Assembly: GCA_965205485.1 (NCBI GenBank)
Contig: OZ242180.1
Span: forward strand, 2,272,001 to 2,336,000
DNA: 64,000 nucleotides
DNA from: Candidatus Latescibacterota bacterium
GTDB lineage: Bacteria > Latescibacterota > UBA2968 > GCA-2709665
Reading direction: 5' to 3'
Part shown: positions 54,718 to 64,000 of the stretch, in pieces
Layout of the letters: each line of letters begins with the position of its first letter
Numbering within the stretch: the first letter of the stretch is position 1
The notes under the pieces: generated by a model
Database searches by the model: none
Seen by the model: only the letters and a program-made list of their open reading frames with translations
Told to the model about the DNA's origin: nothing
Program-made: the position numbers and the translations under genes

Positions 54718-54825
54718 CGACGGACAGCGGCACGGAGAGCCGACCTGTCCGAAAACGCTCGAATCGACCGAGGCTTGTCTCACCCGCTTACAACGTCGTG
54801 GCCCCGCACTTTGATGCCGATTCCA

Positions 54826-55317
54826 ATGCAAACCCTTAGTTTTCCGCGTCAGTACGAATTCGATATCCGCGCCAGCGGCGAACGAAGGACCATTTTCGAT
54901 CCGCTTCGCCGGAAACACGTGCGTCTTACGCCCGAGGAATGGGTCCGCCAGAACCTGATACAGCACCTTATCCAGGACCTGGGTTATCCGGCGGGTCGAA
55001 CCGCGGTCGAATCGGCTTTCGCGTATGGCGGAATGCAGCACCGCGCCGACGTTATCGTCTACAACGGCAGGGGAGAACCCGTTCTCATGGCCGAATGCAA
55101 GGCGCCCGACGTCAAGATCAAACAGCAGGCGTTCGATCAGATCGCGCGCTACAATACGTCCGTCGGTTCGGATTACCTGGTCGTCACCAACGGAATCACC
55201 CACTATTGCTACGCCCTTGACCGCGAGGAACGGAGCTACCGGTTCCTGCACAGTCTGCCGCGATACGAGGAATTAAAGGCATCAGTGAATCCAAACCGAA
55301 GGGGAGAACGAACGTGA
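54826..55317 (+). CDS. Stand-alone HsdR N-terminal-like (HSDR_N_2) nuclease-fold protein
   Basis: IFDPLRRK.V.LTPEEWVRQ, RADV, ECKAP, QIARYN, VTNG. Confidence 0.85.
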   Translation: MQTLSFPRQYEFDIRASGERRTIFDPLRRKHVRLTPEEWVRQNLIQHLIQDLGYPAGRTAVESAFAYGGMQHRADVIVYNGRGEPVLMAECKAPDVKIKQQAFDQIARYNTSVGSDYLVVTNGITHYCYALDREERSYRFLHSLPRYEELKASVNPNRRGERT

Positions 55318-55721
55318 CGACTGACGAGACGATCGATGCATTTCTGCAGACCGGCCCCTATGCCGTCGTCGGCGCGTCGAAGGACCGCGCCAAATACGGC
55401 AACAAGGTCCTTCGATGTTATCTGCAGCACGGTCTGAAAGCGTACCCGATCAATCCGGGTTCGGCGGAAGTCGAAGGTCAAAAGGCCTATCCCGATCTCG
55501 CGGCGCTTCCGGAACCGGTCGAGCGCATTTCCGTGATCACACCGCCCGAGGTTACCGAAGGGATCGTCACGGAAGCAGCGGGCGCAGGAGTCCAATTCAT
55601 CTGGATGCAACCCGGCGCGGAAAGCCGGAAGGCCGTTGAAGATGCTCAGGAGGCCGGCATCGCGGTCGTATCGGGCGGCCCGTGCCTTCTGGTTGTCCTG
55701 GGTTACTCGGAAAGGGATTGA
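55314..55721 (+). CDS. CoA-binding protein (YccU-like)
   Basis: AVVGAS.DR.KYG, YPINP, WMQPGAE, GPCLLV. Confidence 0.9.
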   Translation: MTTDETIDAFLQTGPYAVVGASKDRAKYGNKVLRCYLQHGLKAYPINPGSAEVEGQKAYPDLAALPEPVERISVITPPEVTEGIVTEAAGAGVQFIWMQPGAESRKAVEDAQEAGIAVVSGGPCLLVVLGYSERD

Positions 55722-55729
55722 CCTCGGTT

Positions 55730-56024
55730 TGAAGAAGCAACCATTGAATTGGCCACAAAGAGCTTGAACGAGGGTAGACGGTAGAGGTGAGACGGGAGAA
55801 GAAATCCTTGCCCGGTATTTTTTCTTCTTGCCTTCGGCACGAAAAGAGTCCTCACAAGGCAGGTAATCTCTACCCTCTTCCGTCTCACGTCTCCCTGCTT
55901 CCGGGTCGCCGGGAGGGAAGTCCCGTTGACGCCCAGTGACCTGGCGTATCCTGGTATTCGGTAGTTTAATCGCCTTTATCAACTTGCACACATTCGATTT
56001 AATGTTGACGAAAAACTACGAATC
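55730..56024. repeat. Dispersed element, copy 2 (same left and right arms as 4582-4783, different interior with inverted heptad repeats)
   Basis: caaccattgaattggccacaaa at the left. 55922-56024 aligns to 4681-4783. Confidence 0.7.
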
Positions 56025-56039
56025 AAGGATCGAAGCACG

Positions 56040-57050
56040 ATGGAAATGCGCCGGATCCAATTCGACACGATGGTAACGGAACTAAAACGCGTTTTGCACA
56101 ACATCGGCTTTGCGACGGAACGCGCCGAACGTCTGGCGCAGACCTTCGCCGAAACCACGCGCGACGGCGTCTATTCCCACGGCGTCAACCGGTTCCCGTC
56201 GTTCGCCGGGCAGGCCCGTTCGGGAGACGGCATGGACCTCCACGCCGAGCCCGAACGAGCGGGTGCCGTCGGTGTCCTCGAGCAATGGGACGGTAAACTG
56301 GGCCCCGGAATCCTCAATGCATGCGCCAGTATGGACCGCGCGGTCGACATCGCTAAAGAACAGGGAATGGGCTGCGTGGCCCTCAGAAACACCAACCACT
56401 GGATGCGGGCAGGAACCTACGGTCTGAGGGCCGCGGATGCGGGCTGTATCGGTATCTGCTGGACGAATACCACCCAGCTCATCCCCCCGTTCGGTTCGTC
56501 CGACCGGAAGGTGGGCAACAATCCCCTCGTCTTCTGCATACCCCGTCCGGGAGGCCGTCATTTTCTGCTGGATATGGCGATGAGCCAGTACTCCCATGGG
56601 AAACTGGACGTGTACCGCGTCGCCAACCGCCGGCTTCCGGTCCCCGGGGGTTACGACGACCGCGGAAACCTTTCGTACGACGCCGGCGCCATACAGGCCG
56701 CCCGCCGTCCGCTGCCCATCGGCCACTGGAAGGGGATCGGACTCGCGATGTCGCTGGACCTGGTTGCCTCGCTGCTGTCGGGGGGCCGTTCAACGTACCA
56801 GATCGCCCAGGAGGAGGCCGAATACGGCGTTTCCCAGGTCTTCATTGCCATACATGCCGACGCTGTCGCCGGAGACCGGATGCGGGACCTGGTGGACCAG
56901 ACCCTCGCCGACTTTCGCGCCGCCGAAACTCTCGAAGGCTGCGAGCCCGTGTCCTATCCCGGGGAGCGCATGTTCCGGACCCGTGAGGAGAACCTGGCGC
57001 TGGGCATCCCGGTCGAAGCGGACCGCTGGCGGGAAATCCTGGCGTTGTAA
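56040..57050 (+). CDS. yiaK: 2,3-diketo-L-gulonate reductase / 3-dehydro-L-gulonate 2-dehydrogenase
   Basis: DGVYSHGVNRFP, ALRNTNHWMR.G.YG, ICWTNT, GNNPL, DMAMSQYS.GKL, LPIGHWKG. Confidence 0.85.
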   Translation: MEMRRIQFDTMVTELKRVLHNIGFATERAERLAQTFAETTRDGVYSHGVNRFPSFAGQARSGDGMDLHAEPERAGAVGVLEQWDGKLGPGILNACASMDRAVDIAKEQGMGCVALRNTNHWMRAGTYGLRAADAGCIGICWTNTTQLIPPFGSSDRKVGNNPLVFCIPRPGGRHFLLDMAMSQYSHGKLDVYRVANRRLPVPGGYDDRGNLSYDAGAIQAARRPLPIGHWKGIGLAMSLDLVASLLSGGRSTYQIAQEEAEYGVSQVFIAIHADAVAGDRMRDLVDQTLADFRAAETLEGCEPVSYPGERMFRTREENLALGIPVEADRWREILAL

Positions 57051-57079
57051 GTCAAATCCGATAGAGGAAGGGAGAAAAA

Positions 57080-57448
57080 ATGAGCGAGTTGAAGATGAAA
57101 ACCGCCGCAATGCCGGAAAATCTGCCCGACATGCCCATCGATCCCGACTGGATTCAGGAAGGCGAACCCACGGCACGCGGCGCCATCGTTACGCAAAGCG
57201 CGGACAAGAGGGTGTCCGGCGGTTACTGGCAATGCAGCGAAGGCAAATTCGAATGGACTTTCGGATGGGACGAGTTCGCCCACGTCTTCGAGGGTAAGGT
57301 CGCCATCGAAGAGGACGGCGGCGACAGTTACACCCTCGGGCCGGGCGATACGGTTCACTTTCCCGCGGGACTCAAGACCCACTGGCACGTGATGCAACCG
57401 GTAAAGAAGTATTTCGTCATTCGCACCGCCGACCCGTTGGAATTGTAG
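57080..57448 (+). CDS. Cupin_3 (DUF861) protein
   Basis: G.WQCSEGKF.W...DEF.HV.EG.V...PGD...FPAG....WHV. Confidence 0.85.
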   Translation: MSELKMKTAAMPENLPDMPIDPDWIQEGEPTARGAIVTQSADKRVSGGYWQCSEGKFEWTFGWDEFAHVFEGKVAIEEDGGDSYTLGPGDTVHFPAGLKTHWHVMQPVKKYFVIRTADPLEL

Positions 57449-57494
57449 CGCAGGCCGTTCTTTCATCCGCGTTGCGACAGAGAGCCATGGGTTC

Positions 57495-57520
57495 GGGCAG
57501 ACAGGAATGTCCGCCCCACC
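57495..57520. repeat. REP-like hairpin
   Basis: gggcagaca-ggaa-tgtccgccc-cacc. Confidence 0.55.
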
Positions 57521-57577
57521 GCCTCGAGGGATGCGCCAACGGGGGCTTGAGAATATCAAACGAGAGGAATCCCTGTC

Positions 57578-58594
57578 GTGTCAGATGTGATTCGCACCGG
57601 GATCATCCGTTGCGACATGCATGGCATGTGGTTCGGCGCACAGATGGACGAGCACGATCCATTGCGATTGAGGGAACCCATGCCCGTCGAAGACGACATG
57701 TCCTATACCTGGCAGCGCGGCGGAACGCACTATTTCTACTATACGAAATATAGCGAACCGACCCGGATGACCGCGCCCAGCGTGGACGGATTCCGGATCG
57801 TAAAGGTCTGGGACGAACAGCGTCGCAACGCCGAGATGTTCTCAAACGTCTTCTACGGAAGGCCGGAAGTCTGCGACAGCTTCGAGCGGGTGAGCGATGA
57901 CGTGGATCTGGTGCTGATTGCGAACTGCAACTACGACGGCTCCGATCATCTGGAACTGGCGCGTCCGGGCCTTGAGAAAGGCGTGCCCACCTTCATCGAC
58001 AAACCCTTCGCGCATTGCATCGCCGACGTTCGCGCGATCCTGGAACTCGCGAATGGGAACAACGCCCCGGTCATGTCGCTGTCCATGCTGCAGACGAACC
58101 CGGCGGTGGTGCAGCTGGTCCGCCGCCTGGACGAGGTCGGCCGCGTCACGTTCGGCACCATCACCTGCGCCTCCACGCACCTTGCCGCGCTCATCCACGC
58201 GATTTCAATCGCCCACCACGTGTTCGGGACGGGCATCCGGTCCGTGAGCTGTCTGAAGGCGCCCAACCATACGGTCTATCATCTCCATTACGGCGGCGCG
58301 CCCGGCCGGCCGGAGCACGGTGTGGTCATCAATTGCGGCGTGGCCGACTTCCGCTTTACCGAGATGTTCACCCACGTGTTCGGCCCTGAGGGCGCCATCC
58401 AGGGTCTGGTGCTTAACGACTTCAATGCCTGTGAAGGCTCCGCGATTATCCTCGAACACGTCAAGGAAATGGTGCGCACGGGCCGGCCGCATCCTCTGGG
58501 GGACGACATGGTCGCTGCCGTGGCCGTGGCCGACGCCGTCAGGAAGGCGGAACAGACCGGTGAGAACGTGGAGGTTGAACGGGTGCTTCCGTAA
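57578..58594 (+). CDS. Gfo/Idh/MocA-like oxidoreductase (atypical N-terminus)
   Basis: DVDLVLIAN, HLELARP.LEKGVPTFIDKPFA. GAGGA SD before the GTG start. Confidence 0.75.
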   Translation: MSDVIRTGIIRCDMHGMWFGAQMDEHDPLRLREPMPVEDDMSYTWQRGGTHYFYYTKYSEPTRMTAPSVDGFRIVKVWDEQRRNAEMFSNVFYGRPEVCDSFERVSDDVDLVLIANCNYDGSDHLELARPGLEKGVPTFIDKPFAHCIADVRAILELANGNNAPVMSLSMLQTNPAVVQLVRRLDEVGRVTFGTITCASTHLAALIHAISIAHHVFGTGIRSVSCLKAPNHTVYHLHYGGAPGRPEHGVVINCGVADFRFTEMFTHVFGPEGAIQGLVLNDFNACEGSAIILEHVKEMVRTGRPHPLGDDMVAAVAVADAVRKAEQTGENVEVERVLP

Positions 58595-58616
58595 AGTTCC
58601 TGTATAGGACGGAACG

Positions 58617-58657
58617 AAAAAACACCCCCCTCCGATGTCCTTCAGAGGGGGGTTGTC
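58617..58657. terminator. Hairpin between convergent genes, probable terminator
   Basis: aaaaaacacccccctc...gaggggggttgt. Confidence 0.6.
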
Positions 58658-58710
58658 ATTTCGGCCGACGGCTTCGCGGATTGGAAGAATCCGGCGTCAC
58701 TCGCTGCGGT

Positions 58711-61700
58711 TTATCCGTCCGTCCGCTCGCGCCGTTCGCGAAGACCGGCTGCCAGCAGGTAGAGCAGGGGCGTCAGGCCGAGCGCGAGTATTACAATGCC
58801 GTTCCACTGAAAAACCGTGTCGGTTGTCCGTTGAATGAACGCGATTCCCGGGCCAAGAATGAGCTTTCCGGACCAGATCGCGACAATATAAGCCATCAGG
58901 TTGAACCGGATCAGCCAGGCGACGAGGAAAACCAGTACGCCAAGAGCGAAGAGTTCCAGGCCGGCCAGCACGGCGAAATGATAGAAACTCCTGGCGGGCG
59001 CGATCGCATCCTCAGACAACAGGGCGACCGCGATTCCGGCCACAATCAGCCACGGGCGTTTCACCCCGGCTTTCCAGACCAGCAGTAGAGCCAGCACGGC
59101 GAATGGATTGATCAACTCCAGGGCAGTGCCGACGGCGGCGCTGAAGAGCGGAACGTAGGTATTGACCCGTGGAAGGTTGAATCCGCCCGCCTCCAGGTAC
59201 TCCGTCAAGCCGTTGTATTTCACGTATATTGCGAGACTGTCGGCGCCGGTCCGAAGAAGCAGAAACGCCGCCGCCAGAACCAGCGTGCCCGCCCAGAAGC
59301 GAAGGCCGCCCTCCCGCATCCGCAGGAGTCCCAGCCATCTGCCGGCTCCCATCTCCTCTGGATAGAGCGACCCTTTCATCGCCATCATCAGCGCGAACAT
59401 CGCCGCTATCGCCAGCCCCGTCATCGGCGTCCCGATCAGCAGGCCGACGCCCTGGATACCCAGATAGGTCATCATCGCCTGGCTCGTATCGTAACCGTGG
59501 AAGAAGGTCGGCAGGGAATTGATCCAGTTCAACAGGGACAACAGGACGACCGCAATGCCGATGCCAATCGGCAGCCTCCAGTGGATTTCCCCTGCCCGGT
59601 ATTGACGGAAGAAATAGACCCCCGCCAATATAAGCGTCGCCAGCATCAGGAGAACCGGCACCATCGAGGCCAATTCCTGCCGGGCACCCCGTTGTTTGAG
59701 GGATCGCAGGAACTCCTCCGGCGCTTTGTAGTGCGCATTGAAGAGGCCCACCTCGTCGCCCTGTACGCGAACCTTCAGCCGGAACTCGCCATCCTCGATC
59801 TTCCGGTCGATCCGCTCCCACACGAAGTGATGGTCCATCCGTTCCTTTTCTTTTTCCGATCGGGCTTCCAGCAGCTTGTATTGCGTGGTATCCGTGACGG
59901 AGCGGGAGAACGTATGCTCGACGAACGCCTCCGCCTTCGCGCGCGCGTCGTCGGACTCCAGCTCCGGCCCCGCGCGCGTCTCGGGTATGATGTGGTTGAA
60001 TCCCGCGACCTGTCCGGACGCGTCCACGCGGACCTGGATCTCCTCCTTCTCCATCGGTTTGAACCATCGCACGTGCCAGTACCACGGCGATGTGTTCTCC
60101 ACCATCAGGGAATCGGCACGCGCGACCCCCGCGTTTCGGATCAGATGCGTGTAGTGGGAAGAGCCGACCCCACTTCGAAACTGGACCGACCTGCGGTAAT
60201 CCGACACGTCCAGTCCCATTTCGGCACAGAAGGCCTCCGCGATGCCTGCGGCCTGGCTCCGGGTCACCTCCAGCTTCAATGAGCGGGCGCCGAACCGGTC
60301 CACGCGGAATCCGATCATCAGCGCGATTCCCGCGACGGCGCAGAGGCCGGCGACAATCCATCTCCTTTTGTCCGGCAGATAGGAATCGGGCTCTCTTTCA
60401 TCCACGTCCGGCCGTACGGGCTCGGGCGCAGGTTCCTCTATTTCGGCAGGTTCGTCCGGCGCCTCCACGTCGTCGTCGTCGGCTTCAGGGGAACGGGCTC
60501 TTCCGGTCAGGACCGCGAACGCCGCCGGGATGGCCGGCACCAGCAGAATCCCGATGACGAGCACGCCGGACACCTGGAAGTAGAGGCTGGTGGACTTCAC
60601 CATCGGCAGCGCTACGATGAAAGCATTAATCGCGTAGTGGGCGATGATGGGCGCCCATATCCCGAATCGCAGGAACAGGATTCCGAAGAGGATACCGATG
60701 ACCGTTATCTCTATTCCACGTATGTATATGGGCTCGTGGGGATAGTTTGAATGCAGGAACGCCCACACAATCGCGGGAAGCAATACCGCCAGCCACGGTC
60801 GTTTCAGCCATCTGATCAGCAGGGGAATCGCCAGCAGACGGAAGAAAAACTCCTCGACCGCCGCGGCTGACAATCCGACCAGCAACGGGTAGATCCAGGG
60901 TATGGCCGTGCTGAATGCATTGTTGTACTCGCTCACGTCCGCGGGCACCCAGACGTCGAAATACCGTCCGCCCAGCAGATAGAACACGGCGACGTAGCCA
61001 AGCACGGCCCCGGCGGCGCCGTAGCCCACAACGGTGGACCGCAGGAAACCGGCCGAAAACACGCCCCTGAGCGACAGCCGGCCGAGCGGGCTCGCCCGCC
61101 GCTCGGACAACACGTCCCTCTCGAGAACGCCGCCAGCCGTCCCGGCCAGGCAAACGATGCCGCCGTTGACCGCCGCGATCAGAACGGCGCTGAAAAGAAG
61201 CGTCACCAGAAAGGCGCCGTAGGAGACCGTTGTTTCGAAATTATACAACGAGAGAGGCAGGGCGTTGACGTTCGCCGCAAACCAGGCGATGGCCACGAGC
61301 GTTCCGACGATCAGTCCGGCCTGCCAGCGCAACCGCTTTCTGCGATAGTTCTTGACCAGAATCACCAGCATGGCGACGCCCAGCGCAAGCCAGAACGGCA
61401 GAAACACCTGCGTCAACAGATTCGCCCGTGAGCGCACCTCGCGGTAACTCCGGGAGAAGCTGTCCGGTACTTTAAGGTACTCGCTGAACTGTCCGATACG
61501 GTCCCCGTGAACCACGACGTCCAGCCGGTAGTGTCCGTCGTCTCCAACCGTGAAGTCCTTCTTCCGAAAGGCGAACCGGTGATCGACCCGGGCTTTGCGT
61601 TCCGTGCTGGACCGGTCGATCAACTCGTAGGCGTCCAGGTTGTACCCCTGGGTTTTCCGCAGGAACTCCGATGCGATGACCAGAGCGTCGTCCTGCGCGA

Positions 61701-62118
61701 TGCTCGCGCCTTCGTCCGATTCCAGGATGCGGTGCGAGAATCCGACGATTCGTCCACCCGGGTCCAGCCCCACCCGAAGTTCCTCCTTCTGCAGCGGCTT
61801 GAACCACCTGACGCTCCAGGACCAGACCGACAGCCAATCCCTCGCCAGCCGGCTGGTCTCCTCCAGGCCCAGCGTCTGCTCCAGGAAAATCTGCTGCATC
61901 TGGCTGCTTGAAAATATCTGGGCGCTCTGGTATTCGGCGAGATCGTACCCCAGATTCTCAAGGTAGCCCTGCGCCTCGCTGTGTACTTCGTCGCGGCTCA
62001 ATTTGAAGTCCAGCGATGCGGACGGAATCGCCTCAGTGTAGTAATTGAGAAATATCGCCAGCCCGCCCACGCCCAGCACCACGAATACCAGCAGCCACAT
62101 CGCATCACGACGATCCAT
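58711..62118 (-). CDS. Large membrane protein with CPBP (Abi/CAAX) intramembrane protease domain and duplicated extracytoplasmic module
   Basis: EEFFFR, WAFLHS.Y, AHYAIN. WxVRWFKP..KEE..V..D..G...GF.H occurs twice. Start MDRRDA after a GAGGAG SD. Confidence 0.8.
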   Translation of the reverse strand: MDRRDAMWLLVFVVLGVGGLAIFLNYYTEAIPSASLDFKLSRDEVHSEAQGYLENLGYDLAEYQSAQIFSSSQMQQIFLEQTLGLEETSRLARDWLSVWSWSVRWFKPLQKEELRVGLDPGGRIVGFSHRILESDEGASIAQDDALVIASEFLRKTQGYNLDAYELIDRSSTERKARVDHRFAFRKKDFTVGDDGHYRLDVVVHGDRIGQFSEYLKVPDSFSRSYREVRSRANLLTQVFLPFWLALGVAMLVILVKNYRRKRLRWQAGLIVGTLVAIAWFAANVNALPLSLYNFETTVSYGAFLVTLLFSAVLIAAVNGGIVCLAGTAGGVLERDVLSERRASPLGRLSLRGVFSAGFLRSTVVGYGAAGAVLGYVAVFYLLGGRYFDVWVPADVSEYNNAFSTAIPWIYPLLVGLSAAAVEEFFFRLLAIPLLIRWLKRPWLAVLLPAIVWAFLHSNYPHEPIYIRGIEITVIGILFGILFLRFGIWAPIIAHYAINAFIVALPMVKSTSLYFQVSGVLVIGILLVPAIPAAFAVLTGRARSPEADDDDVEAPDEPAEIEEPAPEPVRPDVDEREPDSYLPDKRRWIVAGLCAVAGIALMIGFRVDRFGARSLKLEVTRSQAAGIAEAFCAEMGLDVSDYRRSVQFRSGVGSSHYTHLIRNAGVARADSLMVENTSPWYWHVRWFKPMEKEEIQVRVDASGQVAGFNHIIPETRAGPELESDDARAKAEAFVEHTFSRSVTDTTQYKLLEARSEKEKERMDHHFVWERIDRKIEDGEFRLKVRVQGDEVGLFNAHYKAPEEFLRSLKQRGARQELASMVPVLLMLATLILAGVYFFRQYRAGEIHWRLPIGIGIAVVLLSLLNWINSLPTFFHGYDTSQAMMTYLGIQGVGLLIGTPMTGLAIAAMFALMMAMKGSLYPEEMGAGRWLGLLRMREGGLRFWAGTLVLAAAFLLLRTGADSLAIYVKYNGLTEYLEAGGFNLPRVNTYVPLFSAAVGTALELINPFAVLALLLVWKAGVKRPWLIVAGIAVALLSEDAIAPARSFYHFAVLAGLELFALGVLVFLVAWLIRFNLMAYIVAIWSGKLILGPGIAFIQRTTDTVFQWNGIVILALGLTPLLYLLAAGLRERRERTDG

Positions 62119-62333
62119 CAACCACTCCTCTCCAGGGAAATTGAAAACTTGGAAATAGACGCCCGCAATGTATATAGACGGTGAGCGCGGACACAAGGAA
62201 AAACCCCGGCGATCAATCCATTCGATTCGGTTGCCATCCGTTTTGTTTCGTCCTATCTTGAGGTCTCCGGCAGGCGCGCGATTGTAACGCATGTACGGAT
62301 TCGACTGTTCAGATGCTACAAAGGAAATCGCCA

Positions 62334-63425
62334 TTGACGACCCATTCCGGACTTCCGGATACCATGGCTGCGGTTGTCTGCCACGGACCCGGGGACTACC
62401 GCCTGGAAGAGCGACCCGCGCCGAAACCGGGACCCGGGGAAGTCGTCATCCGCGTTCATTCCGCGGGCATCTGCGCCAGCGATCTCAAATGCTATCTGGG
62501 CGCACCGCTCTTCTGGGGAGACGAACACCGCGAGGGATACTGCCAGGCGCCTGTAATTCCCGGCCATGAATTCATCGGAGAGGTTGTTCTTCTCGGCCCG
62601 GGCGCCCGCGAGAAATACGGACTCTCCATTGGCGATACGGCGATCTCGGAACAGATCGTCCCGTGTCATGCGTGCCGTTACTGCCGGCGCGGCCAATACT
62701 GGATGTGCATGCGGCACGACATCTACGGCTTCCGTCAGAACACCTTCGGCGCGATGGCAGAATTCATGCGTTTTCCCGCCGACGCCCTCAACTATGAAGT
62801 TCCCGCGAGCATCCCTCCCGATCAGGCCGTGTACATCGAGCCGCTGGCCTGCGCCATCCACGCCGTGCAGCGGGGCGAAATCGAACTGGACCACACCGTG
62901 GTCATCGCCGGCGCGGGACCGCTGGGGCTGGGGATGGTCGCAGCCGCCCGGCTCAAGAATCCCCGGCTGCTGATTGCCCTGGACCTCAACGACGACCGTT
63001 TGGACGTGGCGCGCGCCTGCGGCGCCGACCTGGTCTTGAATCCCGGAAAGACGGACGTCATCCACGAAGTGCGCCACCTCACCGACGGGTATGGCTGCGA
63101 CGTATACATCGAAGCCACCGGGCATCCCGCCGCGGTGGAACAGGGTTTGCACATGATCTGCAAACTGGGCACATTTGTCGAGTTCAGCGTCATGCGAGAG
63201 CCGGTAACAGCAGACTGGACCATCATCGGCGATACCAAGGAACTCAACATCCACGGCGCCCACCTGGGGCCCGGCTGTTACCCGGTAGCGATCGATATGA
63301 TCCGGAAGGGTCTCCTGCCGATGGATCGCATCGTGACCCATCGGCTGCCCCTCGAGAGGTTCCAGGACGGGATCGACCTCGTCGCGGCGGGCGACCGTTC
63401 AATCAAGGTTACGGTTGAGCCGTAG
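62334..63425 (+). CDS. Zn-dependent polyol dehydrogenase (erythritol/L-threitol dehydrogenase-like)
   Basis: GICASDLK, PGHEF, C..C.YC......C, IEPLAC, GAGPLG, DWTIIGDTKEL. Start uncertain (62313, 62334 or 62364). Confidence 0.85.
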   Translation: MTTHSGLPDTMAAVVCHGPGDYRLEERPAPKPGPGEVVIRVHSAGICASDLKCYLGAPLFWGDEHREGYCQAPVIPGHEFIGEVVLLGPGAREKYGLSIGDTAISEQIVPCHACRYCRRGQYWMCMRHDIYGFRQNTFGAMAEFMRFPADALNYEVPASIPPDQAVYIEPLACAIHAVQRGEIELDHTVVIAGAGPLGLGMVAAARLKNPRLLIALDLNDDRLDVARACGADLVLNPGKTDVIHEVRHLTDGYGCDVYIEATGHPAAVEQGLHMICKLGTFVEFSVMREPVTADWTIIGDTKELNIHGAHLGPGCYPVAIDMIRKGLLPMDRIVTHRLPLERFQDGIDLVAAGDRSIKVTVEP

Positions 63426-63537
63426 ATGGGACGCGGCGGAAATTCCACAAACGCGGTATCAGGGTCGTTTTAACGGTTGACCTTTCAATTTGCCACAATA
63501 TGCACCGAATGAACAGGCGCAGGTCGATGTCCGGACC

Positions 63538-63566
63538 GTAGGGGCAGGTTTCAAACCTGCCCCTAC
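63538..63566. repeat. GTAG-type REP palindrome
   Basis: gtaggggcaggtt-tca-aacctgcccctac. Confidence 0.75.
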
Positions 63567-63617
63567 CCGCCCTGTCTGTATTAAGCCGATTTTCAAAATT
63601 GACCAGGAGAGGAAAAA

Positions 63618-64000
63618 ATGAAAGAAACAGGGAAACTGATCCGTCGTAAACTCACGATCAACGTTGCCGGCGTCGCCGAAAGCCTATGTGACTTTCCGCT
63701 TCTCGTGGTCATCCGGGACGACGCGCTGAAATCAACTGAGAATGGCGGCCATGTTCTCGGGGACGACGGGAGCGACATCCACTTCGTCACGGGCGGAGGC
63801 GACGCGCTGGCGTACCGTATCGAGTCCTACTGCCCCGAAAGCGGCGTCCTCAGGGCACGAGTCAGAGTGGCCTCGTTCTCCTCGGAAACGTCGCTATATC
63901 TGTGCTACGGGGAAGCAGCGGTCTCATGCCAGGATCCGGTCTGGGATTCGCACTATGCGCTGGTCCAGAGTAACGGCGACGCGATACGTTCCGAACCGTT
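63618..64000 (+). CDS. DUF2341-like protein, runs off the right edge
   Basis: Hand translation: MKETGKLIRRKLTIN...LCDFPLLV...LKSTENGGHV...DGSDIHF...LAYRIE...LYLCYG...VWDSHY. AGGAGAGG SD. Confidence 0.75.
   Translation, partial: MKETGKLIRRKLTINVAGVAESLCDFPLLVVIRDDALKSTENGGHVLGDDGSDIHFVTGGGDALAYRIESYCPESGVLRARVRVASFSSETSLYLCYGEAAVSCQDPVWDSHYALVQSNGDAIRSEP

Noticed and set aside
54826..55317. Type I restriction-modification system
   Set aside because: Only a stand-alone HsdR-N-like domain. No helicase, hsdM or hsdS nearby.

Overview
GC-rich bacterial DNA (roughly 60-65% GC by eye). The gene content (PorV-family barrel, T9SS-like C-terminal domain, GWxTD protein, DUF6785-type membrane protein, dockerin-like EF-hand pairs, PhyH and Gfo/Idh/MocA paralogs) suggests an FCB-group organism such as Latescibacterota; this is inference only. 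Positions 1-28.9 kb form an almost uninterrupted minus-strand catabolic locus. At its core is a four-gene outer-membrane module: small beta-barrel, TonB-dependent receptor, secreted protein with a T9SS-like CTD, and PorV-family barrel, with no SusD. Around it lie duplicated GH-like enzymes, five-bladed propellers, two PhyH dioxygenases (one with a halogenase-like HxG site), a PLP enzyme and metallohydrolases. At 29.0-31.0 kb an AT-rich island carries a frameshifted proteasome-beta-like (Ntn) protease gene plus a small overlapping ORF. The right half holds further catabolic and surface genes, a protein with 7 x 261-bp Ig repeats, an E1a/E1b/E2 2-oxoacid dehydrogenase cluster, yiaK, and a duplicated-module CPBP protease. 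The window has three TA loci: hicAB, vapBC, and an antitoxin whose toxin is deleted. Intergenic spaces hold several families of REP/MITE-like repeats. No rRNA, tRNA, CRISPR array or intact transposase was seen. All family calls come from motif recognition by eye, not from database searches.
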